A DNA stretch of 63,833 bases, the filler included, from Bacteroidales bacterium (GTDB lineage: Bacteria; Bacteroidota; Bacteroidia; Bacteroidales; CAIWKO01), in the NCBI GenBank assembly GCA_035389045.1. It is 3 parts of 3 records of this genome, joined end to end, with 100 filler letters (N's around TTAATTAATTAA, not from the genome) between each part and the next. Parts side by side here need not be neighbours in the genome. Positions count along the whole stretch, not along the records: positions 1 to 30,086 come from DAOORA010000058.1; 2 more parts are not named here. One strand, 5' to 3'. Numbering within the stretch: the stretch's first letter is position 1; each line of letters begins with the position of its first letter. Position numbers and translations under genes: made by a program. The notes under the pieces are model-generated. The model had not been told where the DNA came from. It searched no databases and saw nothing but the letters and a program-made list of their open reading frames with translations. Below are positions 1-10,500 of the stretch, in pieces.

Positions 1-40
1 TGCCCGCGCGCCAAATATCGGCTAACCTGTCCCGAAAAAG

Positions 41-203
41 CCGAATTGTTTCGCAGAAACAAAGTGCGCTGGCAAGAAAATATGTCGGTGTCAGGGAGTG
101 GCCTGTGCGGAGCCTGCCTGGCGGCAGACAGGGTTCGATATATATTTTCTTGTCCGCCAGCTGGCGGATTGGTACTTTTTGTTTCAAGACAAAAAGTACA
201 ATA
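41..203 (-). repeat. Dispersed structured repeat, inverted copy of the element at 36318-36450 and 36768-36900
   Basis: Reverse complement aligns by eye along its length (GTACTTTTTGTCTTGA.ACAAAAAGTAC...CCACTCCCTGACACCG.CATATTTTC...TTGTTTCTGCGAAACAATTCGG). It carries two extra palindromic inserts at 113-132 and 153-168. Confidence 0.85.
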
Positions 204-590
204 AAAGAAACAACATATAATTGAATATTCTGACTTTTATTTCGTGTTATATAGATACATTATTTATAATAGATCCAAATTTCATTTGCACTTTTAACCC
301 AAATTCCTACACTAACATCATAAGCATAAATCAAAATTTGTCCTGGCCTGATTTTGATTAAGCAACGGTAACAGTTTGAAATTAATTCAATTCAAAACAT
401 CCTAAAACTTCTTCCGCTATTAAAAGTTCAAGAATGTGTTTCTCGATACTTGTGCTTGTTGTACTTATTTTTGCCATGTGCCAAAGCTCGTATTTTTTTT
501 CCAGCGCATCAAATTATGATTTTGCCAATATTTTTTTTAATCAAATTCAAGTATTAATTCCTGAATACAGGTTTTTTTCATAATTATTAA

Positions 591-598
591 TAACTTTG
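591..598 (+). promoter_or_regulatory. Bacteroidota sigma-A -7 box upstream of EF-G2
   Basis: TAACTTTG matches TAnnTTTG, about 50 bp before the ATG at 648. Confidence 0.55.
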
Positions 599-647
599 CA
601 CACCTTTTAAGAAAAATAGTTTAATCCATTAATAATTAATTACAAAA

Positions 648-2780
648 ATGAAGGTATATCAGACAAACGAAATTAAGAACATTGCTTTGATCGGCGGTTC
701 CAAATCCGGAAAAACCACCCTGTCCGAATGTATGCTGTTCGAAGGCGGAGTTATCAAAAGAAGAGGCTTTGTGGAAGATAAAAATACTACTTCCGATTAT
801 CGTGAAATAGAACTTGAACGTCAGAATTCTGTGTTTTCAACAGTTATGTATACAGAATATGCTGACAAAAAAATAAATATTATTGACAATCCGGGATTTG
901 ATGATTTTATCGGAGAAGTTCTCGCTGCGCTGAAAGTATGCGAAACAGCAGTTATGGTCATTAATGCGCAAAATGGCGTTGAAGTAGGTACCGAAATAAC
1001 CTGGCGTCATGCTGCCCGTCTGCAGGTTCCTGTGCTTTTTGTGATTAATCAGCTCGAACACGAAAAAGCCAACTTTGACGAAAACATACGGCAACTGAAA
1101 AATAATTTTGGAAATAAAGTTACCATTGTTCAGTATCCCCTTCATTCTGGCATCGGTTTCGATTCGATCATTGATGTACTGAAAATGAAGATGTACAAAT
1201 ATAACAAGGAAGGCAAAGCTGAGATATCAGATATACCCGCTGCAGAAAAAGAAAAAGCCGAAGCATTGCATGCAGCCCTGATCGAAGCTGCTGCAGAAAG
1301 TGATGAAAAATTGATGGAAACATTCTTTGACAAGGGCACACTTACTGAAGAAGAATTATACAATGGACTAAAACTCGGAATTATGGAACGCAACCTGTTC
1401 CCGGTATTGTGCACCTCTTCCAAACTCAATATGGGCGTGGGACGCGTACTCGAGTTTATTGCCAACTCCACACCTTCTCCAAATGAAGTGGTTTGCCCGA
1501 AAAATACCGAAGGGAAATTTGTTCCATGTAATGTTGCCGATCAGGCATCTGCCTTCGTATTTAAAACTTCTATTGAAACCCATATCGGCGAAGTATCTTA
1601 TTTTAAGGTTCTTTCAGGCGAAGTTTCCGAAGCACTGGATATGATAAATGCTAATAACGGCACTAAGGAACGGGTGTCGCAGGTATATATCTGCGCAGGA
1701 AAAAACCGTGAGAAAATTGCAAAAGCAGTAGCCGGAGATATTGCTGCAACGATTAAATTAAAAAATACTTCTACCAATAATACACTTGTACTTTCAAAAA
1801 ATTCAGAATTCCAACTGACGCCTATCGAATTGCCCAATCCAAAGTATCGTGTGGCGGTCAAAGCGGTAAACACCGCTGATGATGAAAAACTGGGCAGCAT
1901 TCTCAATGATATGAAACGCATTGACCCGACGCTTATACCCGAATACTCCAAAGAACTCAGGCAGCTGATCGTTCACGGACAGGGCGAACTGCACCTGGCT
2001 ATTGCTAAGTGGCAAATAGAAAAAATAAATAAGATAGAAATTGAGTTTCTTCCTCCCAGAATACCCTACCGTGAAACCATAACCAAACAGGCTAAAGCGG
2101 TTTATCGTCATAAAAAGCAATCCGGAGGTGCAGGACAGTTCGGAGAGGTTCATATGCTGATACAACCCTTTTCTGATAATATGCCTGATCCTACTGAGTT
2201 TCCGATACGTGGCAGGGAAGATCACGAATTAAGCTGGGGCGGCAAACTTATTTTCCATAATTGTATTGTCGGTGGCGCTATTGATTCACGTTTTATGCCG
2301 GCTATCCTCAAAGGTGTCATGGAAAAAATGGAAGAAGGTCCGCTCACCGGATCCTATGCACGCGATATCGCTGTATATATCTATGACGGTAAAATGCACC
2401 CTGTGGACTCTAATGAAATTTCTTTTAAACTGGCTGGACGTAATGCGTTTAAAGAAGCTTTTAAAAATGCTGGTCCTAAGATTCTTGAACCGATTTATGA
2501 CGTGGAGGTGATACTTCCCGAAGATAAAATGGGTGATGTAATGACCGATCTGCAGGGCAGAAGAGCTGTTATCATGGGTATGGACCATGAAGGCAGTTAT
2601 CAGAAAATTCTCGCTAAGGTGCCACTGGCTGAAATGAACCGGTATTCTACCGCCCTGAGTTCAATTACCAGCGGACGGGCGACCTATGGAATGAAGTTCG
2701 CTGAATATGTTCAGGTGCCCGGCGAAATCCAGACACAGCTCCTTAAAGCTTATGAAGAACAGGAAAAAGACGAAGATTAA
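648..2780 (+). CDS. fusA2: Elongation factor G paralog (EF-G2 type)
   Basis: 710 aa with EF-G domain order; motifs GGSKSGKT, DNPG, YRETI, KKQSGGAGQFG, ILEPIY. The GTPase motifs are degenerate relative to canonical EF-G. Confidence 0.92.
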   Translation: MKVYQTNEIKNIALIGGSKSGKTTLSECMLFEGGVIKRRGFVEDKNTTSDYREIELERQNSVFSTVMYTEYADKKINIIDNPGFDDFIGEVLAALKVCETAVMVINAQNGVEVGTEITWRHAARLQVPVLFVINQLEHEKANFDENIRQLKNNFGNKVTIVQYPLHSGIGFDSIIDVLKMKMYKYNKEGKAEISDIPAAEKEKAEALHAALIEAAAESDEKLMETFFDKGTLTEEELYNGLKLGIMERNLFPVLCTSSKLNMGVGRVLEFIANSTPSPNEVVCPKNTEGKFVPCNVADQASAFVFKTSIETHIGEVSYFKVLSGEVSEALDMINANNGTKERVSQVYICAGKNREKIAKAVAGDIAATIKLKNTSTNNTLVLSKNSEFQLTPIELPNPKYRVAVKAVNTADDEKLGSILNDMKRIDPTLIPEYSKELRQLIVHGQGELHLAIAKWQIEKINKIEIEFLPPRIPYRETITKQAKAVYRHKKQSGGAGQFGEVHMLIQPFSDNMPDPTEFPIRGREDHELSWGGKLIFHNCIVGGAIDSRFMPAILKGVMEKMEEGPLTGSYARDIAVYIYDGKMHPVDSNEISFKLAGRNAFKEAFKNAGPKILEPIYDVEVILPEDKMGDVMTDLQGRRAVIMGMDHEGSYQKILAKVPLAEMNRYSTALSSITSGRATYGMKFAEYVQVPGEIQTQLLKAYEEQEKDED

Positions 2781-2795
2781 CATACAGAGTTCTAT

Positions 2796-2828
2796 AAAAA
2801 CCTGCTCATTACGGGCAGGTTTTTTTTT
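2796..2828 (+). terminator. Rho-independent terminator after EF-G2
   Basis: Hairpin AAAAACCTGCTC-ATTAC-GGGCAGGTTTTT followed by a T run. Confidence 0.85.
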
Positions 2829-3009
2829 AGTTAAAATACGAAATATAGTAAATTTGCGTAATCAGTAAGATAGGCCGATAGCATAATTCACTTACCAAAT
2901 GTCTAAATAATCGATGGTTTTAATAACGCATTGCGCAATGGTACATGTATTTTTTGGGCTTGTGCAATGCCATAGCGGCCATGATCGGATTTAAACCAGT
3001 ATAAGAGCA

Positions 3010-4089
3010 ATGATGAACAAGCTGGATATTTACATAATGAAAAAGTTTTTAGGAACTTTTTTTCTGGCTATTTCGCTGATAATTATCATTGTAGTTATTT
3101 TTGATATCTCTGAAAATATTGACGACCTTATCACCAGCGAGGCACCGCTCAACGAAATAATTTTTGACTACTATCTGAATTTTATCCCATACTTTGTAAA
3201 TCTTTTCAGCCCACTGTTCACTTTTATCGCAGTGATCTATTTTACTTCCAAAATGGCTACACATTCCGAGATCATTTCCATTTTGAGCAGCGGTGTGAGT
3301 TTTACCAGGATGTTGAGGCCATATATGGTCACAGCCTTCCTACTGACGGTCATGTCGTTTTATCTGGCAAATTTTCTTATTCCTTATACGAATATTAACC
3401 TTTGGAATTTTAAATATGCCTATATAAAAAACAAATATTATAACGATAACAGGAATATTCATATGCAAATAGCGCCGGGCGCATTTGTTTATGTCGAAAG
3501 CTATAATGTAGACGATAACAGGGGTACCCGTTTTACCATAGAACATTTTAAAGATGGTGTTTTGTATTATAAGATGAATGCAAATAGTATTGTTTGGGAC
3601 AGCACAACGCAAAAATGGACCATAAACAATTACAGTATTCATTTGTTCAGCGGATTACAGGAAAAACTGATTACAGGTATCCGAAAGGACACGGCAATAA
3701 ATCTTACCCCGGCCGATTTTCATAAAAAACTCGATAATCTCGATGTAATGAACTTCACTCAGTTACGAAAGTTTATAAAAGATGAGCGACTTAAAGGTTC
3801 GGATAATATCAGGTTTTATGAAATGGAAAAACACAAACGACTGGCTTTTCCTTTTTCCACATTCATTTTAACACTGATCGGTGTTTCGGTGTCCAGCCGG
3901 AAGGTAAGGGGAGGCGTCGGAATACATATTGCCATTGGCCTCGCACTGACGTTTACCTATATATTTTTTATGCGGATAACCGAGACTTTTTCAACGTACA
4001 GTAGTTTGCCTCCGGCTGCAGCTGCCTGGCTGCCCAATTTATTATTTGCCGTGATTGCCTTTTACATGGTGCGCAAAGCGCCCAAATGA
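3010..4089 (+). CDS. LptF/LptG family LPS export permease
   Basis: 359 aa; LDIYIMKKFL start, 3 TM helices + periplasmic beta region + 3 TM helices, SEIISILSSGVS and AAWLPN motifs. Confidence 0.88.
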   Translation: MMNKLDIYIMKKFLGTFFLAISLIIIIVVIFDISENIDDLITSEAPLNEIIFDYYLNFIPYFVNLFSPLFTFIAVIYFTSKMATHSEIISILSSGVSFTRMLRPYMVTAFLLTVMSFYLANFLIPYTNINLWNFKYAYIKNKYYNDNRNIHMQIAPGAFVYVESYNVDDNRGTRFTIEHFKDGVLYYKMNANSIVWDSTTQKWTINNYSIHLFSGLQEKLITGIRKDTAINLTPADFHKKLDNLDVMNFTQLRKFIKDERLKGSDNIRFYEMEKHKRLAFPFSTFILTLIGVSVSSRKVRGGVGIHIAIGLALTFTYIFFMRITETFSTYSSLPPAAAAWLPNLLFAVIAFYMVRKAPK

Positions 4090-4090
4090 T

Positions 4091-4900
4091 CTATAGGAGG
4101 CAGCCCTTCCACGTGATACAATCCTGAAAATTATTTCCGATTTCGGGCTCTTTTCTGAATAACCCGTAAACAGCCGAACCACTGCCCGACATGGAGGAAT
4201 AAACTGCCCCTTTTTGATATAGTATTTCCTTTATCTGGCCAATTTGAGGGTATTTCGCAAAGACAGGAGTTTCAAAATCATTCATCAGCATTTTATTCCA
4301 GTCGGATACAGGGAAATCCATTATATCCCTGACGGACATTGATGGCTTCTGAGGGCTTATCATCCGGTAGGCCTCTTGCGTAGAAATAGCAAAATCCGGT
4401 TTTATTATAACAATATGGTATCCTTTTAAGGAAATAGTAAGCGGTTGAAGGATAGTACCCCTCCCGGTGACAAAGCATGGGCTGTTCTGATGAAAGAATG
4501 TACAGTCGCTTCCCAGTGCAGATGCCATTTCCAGGAGTGTTGTTTCATTCATGTTCAATGAAAACAGTTCATTCAGCAATGTCAGGGTAAAAGCTCCATC
4601 AGATGACCCCCCGCCAAGTCCGGCGCCAAAAGGAATCCTTTTGTACAGATAAACATTGATGTCAGGTATATGGTATTGTTTTTTAACAAGTTGATAAGCC
4701 TTGTAACAAAGGTTTTTTTCGGTCGGACAGTTTATATTAATACCGTTAAATGTAAAAATGCCCTTGGCAGAAGGGATTATTTCAAGAATATCACACCAGG
4801 GAACAGGATAAAAAACACTTTCGATATCATGAAACCCGTCGGGGCGCCTTGAAATTACATTGAGCCCAAGATTGATTTTACAGTTTGGGTAAACAATCAT
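4091..4900 (-). CDS. ispE: 4-diphosphocytidyl-2C-methyl-D-erythritol kinase
   Basis: KINLGL, KRIPFGAGLGGGSSD and MSGSGS GHMP-kinase motifs. Confidence 0.95.
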   Translation of the reverse strand: MIVYPNCKINLGLNVISRRPDGFHDIESVFYPVPWCDILEIIPSAKGIFTFNGININCPTEKNLCYKAYQLVKKQYHIPDINVYLYKRIPFGAGLGGGSSDGAFTLTLLNELFSLNMNETTLLEMASALGSDCTFFHQNSPCFVTGRGTILQPLTISLKGYHIVIIKPDFAISTQEAYRMISPQKPSMSVRDIMDFPVSDWNKMLMNDFETPVFAKYPQIGQIKEILYQKGAVYSSMSGSGSAVYGLFRKEPEIGNNFQDCITWKGCLL

Positions 4901-4975
4901 CTTTTTTTATACAAATATATCAAAACGATGAACCGGCAGGGTGATTTTTTTTAATTTTGGCCTCTGTATAAATCT

Positions 4976-5560
4976 ATGTTAATAATTGAAAATTCACTGA
5001 TTGCTGATGAGCTTGCAGAATGTATGTTCTGTTGTGATTGCCACATATGTAAGGGTGCCTGTTGTGTCGAAGGGGATGCGGGGGCGCCGCTGGAAGAAGA
5101 AGAGATAGAAATTATTTCTTCATCAATAAATGAAATTTACAGGGTGATGACACCTGATGGTATTGCAGCTATTGAAAAACATGGCATATATGTTTTTGAT
5201 GTGGAAGGAAAAAAGGTCACCCCGCTGGTCAACGGCAGGGAATGTGCTTTTCTGGTTTATAAAAATGATGTTGCATACTGTGCCATCGAGATTGCTTATA
5301 AGAAAAGAAAAACCCGTTTTCAGAAACCGATATCCTGTCATTTATATCCCTTACGCATTATTGATTACAAGGATTTTTTTGCTGTAAATTATCATGAATG
5401 GCATATTTGTAAACCGGCGCTTGAAAAAGGGGAAAAAGAAGGTATTTATATGTACGAATTTCTAAAAGCGCCCTTGGTGAGAAAATTCGGAAAGTCTTGG
5501 TATGAGGAACTTGTAAAGATATCAGAATACATGCATACTAAAAAAGGATCAAACCGGTAA
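4976..5560 (+). CDS. DUF3109 family Cys-rich protein
   Basis: CKGACCVEGDAGAPL and KPISCHLYP motifs typical of this family. Confidence 0.8.
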   Translation: MLIIENSLIADELAECMFCCDCHICKGACCVEGDAGAPLEEEEIEIISSSINEIYRVMTPDGIAAIEKHGIYVFDVEGKKVTPLVNGRECAFLVYKNDVAYCAIEIAYKKRKTRFQKPISCHLYPLRIIDYKDFFAVNYHEWHICKPALEKGEKEGIYMYEFLKAPLVRKFGKSWYEELVKISEYMHTKKGSNR

Positions 5561-5947
5561 GGCCTGCTTGATTTTGTTTGCGATCTGTTCAAATTCTTCT
5601 TTTGAAAAATTCAGTTTTGGTTTTTTGAAATCAATATCATATATGCCATTCAGTGGAATGAGATGAATATGAGCGTGGGCCACTTCAAGCCCTACAACTG
5701 CAAGACCTACTTTTATGCATGGGACAGATTTTTTGATGGCGCCGGCGATTTTTTTTGAAAATAGAAAAAGGTCTTTATATAGTTCATCATCCAGATCAAA
5801 AAGGTAATCTGTTTCCTGTTTCGGAATAACCAGCGTATGCCCCTGTGCCAGCGGATTAATATCCAGAAATGCTAGAAAACGTGAGTCTTCGGCAATTTTA
5901 TAACAGGGGATGTCGCCGGCGACAATTTTTGTGAATATACTGGCCAT
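5549..5947 (-). CDS. HIT family nucleotide hydrolase
   Basis: MASIFTKI start (ATG at 5947), GHTLVIPK and HAHIH histidine triad. Confidence 0.92.
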   Translation of the reverse strand: MASIFTKIVAGDIPCYKIAEDSRFLAFLDINPLAQGHTLVIPKQETDYLFDLDDELYKDLFLFSKKIAGAIKKSVPCIKVGLAVVGLEVAHAHIHLIPLNGIYDIDFKKPKLNFSKEEFEQIANKIKQALPV

Positions 5948-5957
5948 AATCAGAATA

Positions 5958-6425
5958 TTAATAGGTGATTTTAATGATTTCAAATTTCAGGATACCCGCC
6001 GGAACCTGTATGTCTGCTTTGTCGCCGGCTTTTTTACCGAGCAGCCCTTTGGCAATCGGCGAATTCACCGAAATTTTTCCCATTTTTAGGTCGGCTTCGC
6101 TTTCAGGAACAAGTGTATAGCTTATTACAGCGCCGGTGGTAATATTTTTCAGTTCTACGGTGGAAAGTATAAGTACTTTTGACATGTCAAGCTGGGACTC
6201 ATCAATTATTTTTGCCTCCCTTATCAGATTCTGTAATTTTGAAATTTTCATTTCAAGCATACCCTGGGCATCTTTGGCGGCATCATATTCGGCATTTTCC
6301 GACAGGTCGCCTTTATCTCTGGCTTCGGCAATTTGCTGAGAGATTTTTTTTCGTTCTACGGTGATCAGCTGTTGAAGTTCTTCCTTTAATTTGTTTAATC
6401 CTTCTAAAGTATAATACTTTGACAT
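5958..6425 (-). CDS. greA: Transcription elongation factor GreA
   Basis: GDLSENAEYDAAK and ISVNSPIAKGLLGK; start taken at MSKYYT. Confidence 0.95.
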   Translation of the reverse strand: MSKYYTLEGLNKLKEELQQLITVERKKISQQIAEARDKGDLSENAEYDAAKDAQGMLEMKISKLQNLIREAKIIDESQLDMSKVLILSTVELKNITTGAVISYTLVPESEADLKMGKISVNSPIAKGLLGKKAGDKADIQVPAGILKFEIIKITY

Positions 6426-6501
6426 GACTATATGTTTAAGTTTATAAAATAACAAAGAATCCCATAGCAATGAGACTCTTTGTCAAAATTAATAAAAAAT
6501 A

Positions 6502-7560
6502 CTACAGATTAATACGTGCTCCTATCGAGTGGACACCCTGGAAAGGATTTGTAGCTCTGTACGAGTAATCGACGCCAATGGTTGATCCTTTCTTTTTATT
6601 TACAGGTACCTGAACAGTAATTCCGGCATGAGGCCCGGTAAGGGCATTGGTTCTTTCAGCTTTTTTGAAGGTGCCTTTTTCCATAGTATAACCGCCCCGC
6701 AGATACATATAATCCATCATTTTGTATTCAAGACCTACAATGTACTGGTCTTTGCCAAACGAATTGGAAATAAAAGTGCCGGCGAGGGTGATCCTGTGCT
6801 GATCATTGATGATAAAATCATAAGCGGCGCCGATATTTAAGGTTGTCGGAAGTTCATATTCGGCAGAACGCTGTTCTACTGTAAGCTCTGTGGCAGCGCC
6901 GGTTACATCACCCCTGATAGATAGCCCGTCACCGTTATATCTCATTTTTCCGCCCACATTTTTCAGAGCGATTCCGAACATAATATTTTCTTTTTCACCG
7001 GTTATATATTGTATACCAGCATCAATAGCAAAACCCTGTGCCGAAAGGTTTGAAATTTTCTGCGAAATGATCTTGATATTAACTCCTCCATAAATACTAT
7101 TAGAAAACATCTTTGCATATGAAATATTGATATTCAGCAGTGAAGGGCTGAACGTACCGGATCCGCCTTCGGGAAGATCAACAGTGGTGATGGGAATTTC
7201 TCCAAAATTCATGGCCATGAATCCGATTCCTATGACACCTGTTTCACCAACTTTTTGCGATAATCCGAATGTATTTATACTCACTCCGGAGCCTTTAAGC
7301 CACATGGTATGTGCAAAAACAAGCTCAGTACGCGGTGTGAATGCCATACCCGCTATGTTTGTAAACATGGCTTCAATACCTCTTGAGCAGGCTACGCCAA
7401 CGCCCCCCCAGCCTGAGCTCCTCGCCCAGGGGTTGATAAGTAATTCCTGGGAACCACATTCGCCAACACGATCCTCATTACCGGCAGAAACGTTTTTAAA
7501 AGGCAGAATAAACAACCCGGCAAGGATCATTGCTAAAAATATTTTAAAAGTCTTATTCAT
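6502..7560 (-). CDS. PorV/PorQ-family outer-membrane beta-barrel (T9SS shuttle paralog)
   Basis: Signal peptide, INPWARSSGWGG...FTNIAGMA N-terminal motif of FadL/PorV-like barrels, and amphipathic beta strands. Confidence 0.75.
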   Translation of the reverse strand: MNKTFKIFLAMILAGLFILPFKNVSAGNEDRVGECGSQELLINPWARSSGWGGVGVACSRGIEAMFTNIAGMAFTPRTELVFAHTMWLKGSGVSINTFGLSQKVGETGVIGIGFMAMNFGEIPITTVDLPEGGSGTFSPSLLNINISYAKMFSNSIYGGVNIKIISQKISNLSAQGFAIDAGIQYITGEKENIMFGIALKNVGGKMRYNGDGLSIRGDVTGAATELTVEQRSAEYELPTTLNIGAAYDFIINDQHRITLAGTFISNSFGKDQYIVGLEYKMMDYMYLRGGYTMEKGTFKKAERTNALTGPHAGITVQVPVNKKKGSTIGVDYSYRATNPFQGVHSIGARINL

Positions 7561-7597
7561 AGTTGTGCTTTTATATTATTTACCAATATATTAATTA

Positions 7598-10500
7598 TTA
7601 GAATGCGTTCAGGTCAATAGGACGAAGCGAACCAAACCATTTGACGACTTTTTCACCGACACCGTCTACTTTGACATAGATGAGATACAATCCTCCGGCT
7701 ATCGGTATTCCGGCATGGTTTTTCAAATCCCAGTCCACATACGATTTTATATCATCTTTTGAATATTGGCGCACCAGGCTGCCACTTACGGTATAAATGG
7801 AGATGCTGCACTTTTGTGGTAAATTGGTGATGCGAACCCTGGTGTCAAGCTGTGTCGTTTCATAACCGGAAAATGCGAAATAAGGGTTGGGAACCACATT
7901 GATAAGATCCAGCGAGCCTTCAGCGGCAAGGGCATCATTGTGCGTGGTTGAAATATTCTCGGTACTGAACGAATACATAGGATAATTATCATTAGAAGGA
8001 TTAGCCAGTTTTACAGCACTGGTTGAATAGTAACGCTGATAAGGCTTGCTTACCCTTATTCTGATCTTTACCTCGCAGGGTATATTTGAAGGATCTGTAA
8101 AACGGAATTTTTCCTCAACCATTGGACATCCCACCCACATAACATCTTTAAAAACATGCATTTTGTGTTTGTCATGATTGCTTGCAATTTTCATGTTGTC
8201 CCAGATAAACTGTCCTCCGTCATAAGCAGGGACATCCATTTTTCCATAATCTTGATGAATACTGTCGCCATAATGTCCGAAAATATAAACCCAATGTCTT
8301 CCTCCCATTAGTACTTCTCCGAGAGGAGAAACATAATTGCTGGTAGGATTCCATATCATATCGCGGCCGTTCTCGCCCTGTAACCATGAATCCTCGCCAA
8401 AAGCAATATTAAGCCGTTCGCCTGTTTCAACATTGATGGCATAGCCGGGAAACCAGCCCATACCTTGCACTCCGTCGGTAGATCCGGCCCGTAATTCCAG
8501 TTTTCTTATGTTGCCTTCCGATAATGTAACATTAGAATTTTCACATTGTTCAAACACAGGTGAACGTGACCATTTTGAACGGTCGGGTGTGATGACAAGG
8601 TCTATGGAAGCAATTTTATTAAAGAAGTAGGTTCTCTTGTTTTTTAAAGCTGTCATGGCTGTATTCCACATGTAATGACGCTGGTCGGTGCTGTTTCTGA
8701 TACGGAATGCAGGCCCGTATGTGGTATCTGATGCTAAAACGTAAGGCGCCCAGGTGCCTCCAAGTATTTTTTCATAAACTTCAGAGGGGTCAAGCCAGTT
8801 TTTCTGTCCCAGACCGTCTACCGTGGTATCCATCCCATAATCATCATTGGCATTATCAGTTGGATCGTCGGTACTGCCCGAACGGATCCAGTTAAAATAT
8901 GCATAATTATCAATATCAGAAACACCGGTTAGCCATCTTTTTGAACTGTCGGCATATTCAATGGATGCTTCGAGAAATCCGTTATTGATCGAATAGTTTT
9001 GTCCCGGAAATTTAACCTGAGCAATATTTATGGAAAGGCCAAGTTCGGGAATCAATTGTTCATAACCAATCTTTATTGTACTTTCCGAATTCCAGGTCTG
9101 TCCGGTGGTAAGGTTGGTAAGCACCCAGGTGCTGGAATCAATATTACCTTTTGCGGAAGGAATTAGTTTCAGTGTAAAATTGCCTGGAGCAACATTCAAC
9201 GGATCAATAACTTTAATGTTTAACGGGCCTTTGTTATAATCATAGGTGAGATTTTCTTCAAAATAAGGCGATCCATCCATAATTCTGTCCGTTGTTTCTG
9301 TCGTGAAATCGAGCACAAAGCCGCCATTGCCGTTTCCTTCAAGGCGGGTAATCTGGGGCATAACCCCGTATTCTGCATGTTGGATGGTTCCGCCGGTTTC
9401 GGGTGAGGGAATATGCGGCATGGCAGAAACGGCAGTATTGGAGCCTGCTGCAGCTTTACGTCCTGCTTTGTACGGCAGTTTCTGACCATCATAATCCAGC
9501 GGGTTGGACTGGCTGTAGGTTTTATAATTATTGTAAGCATAAGCGATGGCTATGTAATAGTATTGTTTATGATTTACCAAACGTTTATCTCCCGAAGCAA
9601 ACTTGTCTTCCAGGATACGGAAGGAGTGGACTATTCCCGAATTGGCGCCGTCAACTTCAAGAACAGGTACATTGCCGCCCAGGGCTTCCGACATATTATA
9701 ATTGACAATTTTTGAAACATCATTTTTTATATCACACTGGGCAACCAAACGGGCTTTATCAGGATCATGCAGATCAGTGATGGATACTGAGGCGTCAGCA
9801 AGCTGAAAGATCTGATATCCTTCAAAGCGGAATGCAGAATCACCTACAATGATACTGTTATCCACTTCAATATAATCTTCAGGTTTGTCATTATAGTTAT
9901 TTGACACGCCTTTTCTGTTTGAGAGGTATAATATAAGCTCACGGTCAAGTTCCTGTATGGTCAAATCCGGTGCGTCCGGCCCGTCCAGTACCTTGAAACA
10001 GTTATCGAACAAAGCCTGGCATTTATCGTCTACGGTACGCAGTAATTCAACAGACGCCCATGCGCCGCCAGAGGAAGCTCTGGCCCAGGGAATACCAACG
10101 GTAATATAATTTACAGCGCCGGGTTCCAGGGTAAAGGGTCCTGCCGATTGCATAAAACGACGGTCGTAGGGCAGATTTTGTGCCTGTTGTTCTGTCCAGT
10201 AAGGAGGATGAGAAACAGGAACTCCGGCTGTACCCCAGTTACAAGGATCGGTATCGCCGGGGAACATGAAGTCACATGCAGGGCCTGTTCCGCCCGCACT
10301 GGGATGTCCGTTACCCCAATAATGCATACGTTCACCATCTTTCCAGATACCTCTTAAGAAGTTGTAATATTCAGCGGCTACATCCGGATCGGTCATAGCA
10401 TCCAGCCCTCCCAGGTTGTTATGGTATACAAATCTGCGCATCCCGAAACGTTCATCATCAATGATGCAGTTTCCGAAATTAACACCGTTTATTGCGACAC

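Noticed and set aside
2929..2940. Perfect palindrome CATTGCGCAATG upstream of the LptF/G gene
   Set aside because: A single 12-bp palindrome is expected by chance in 64 kb, and I saw no second copy.
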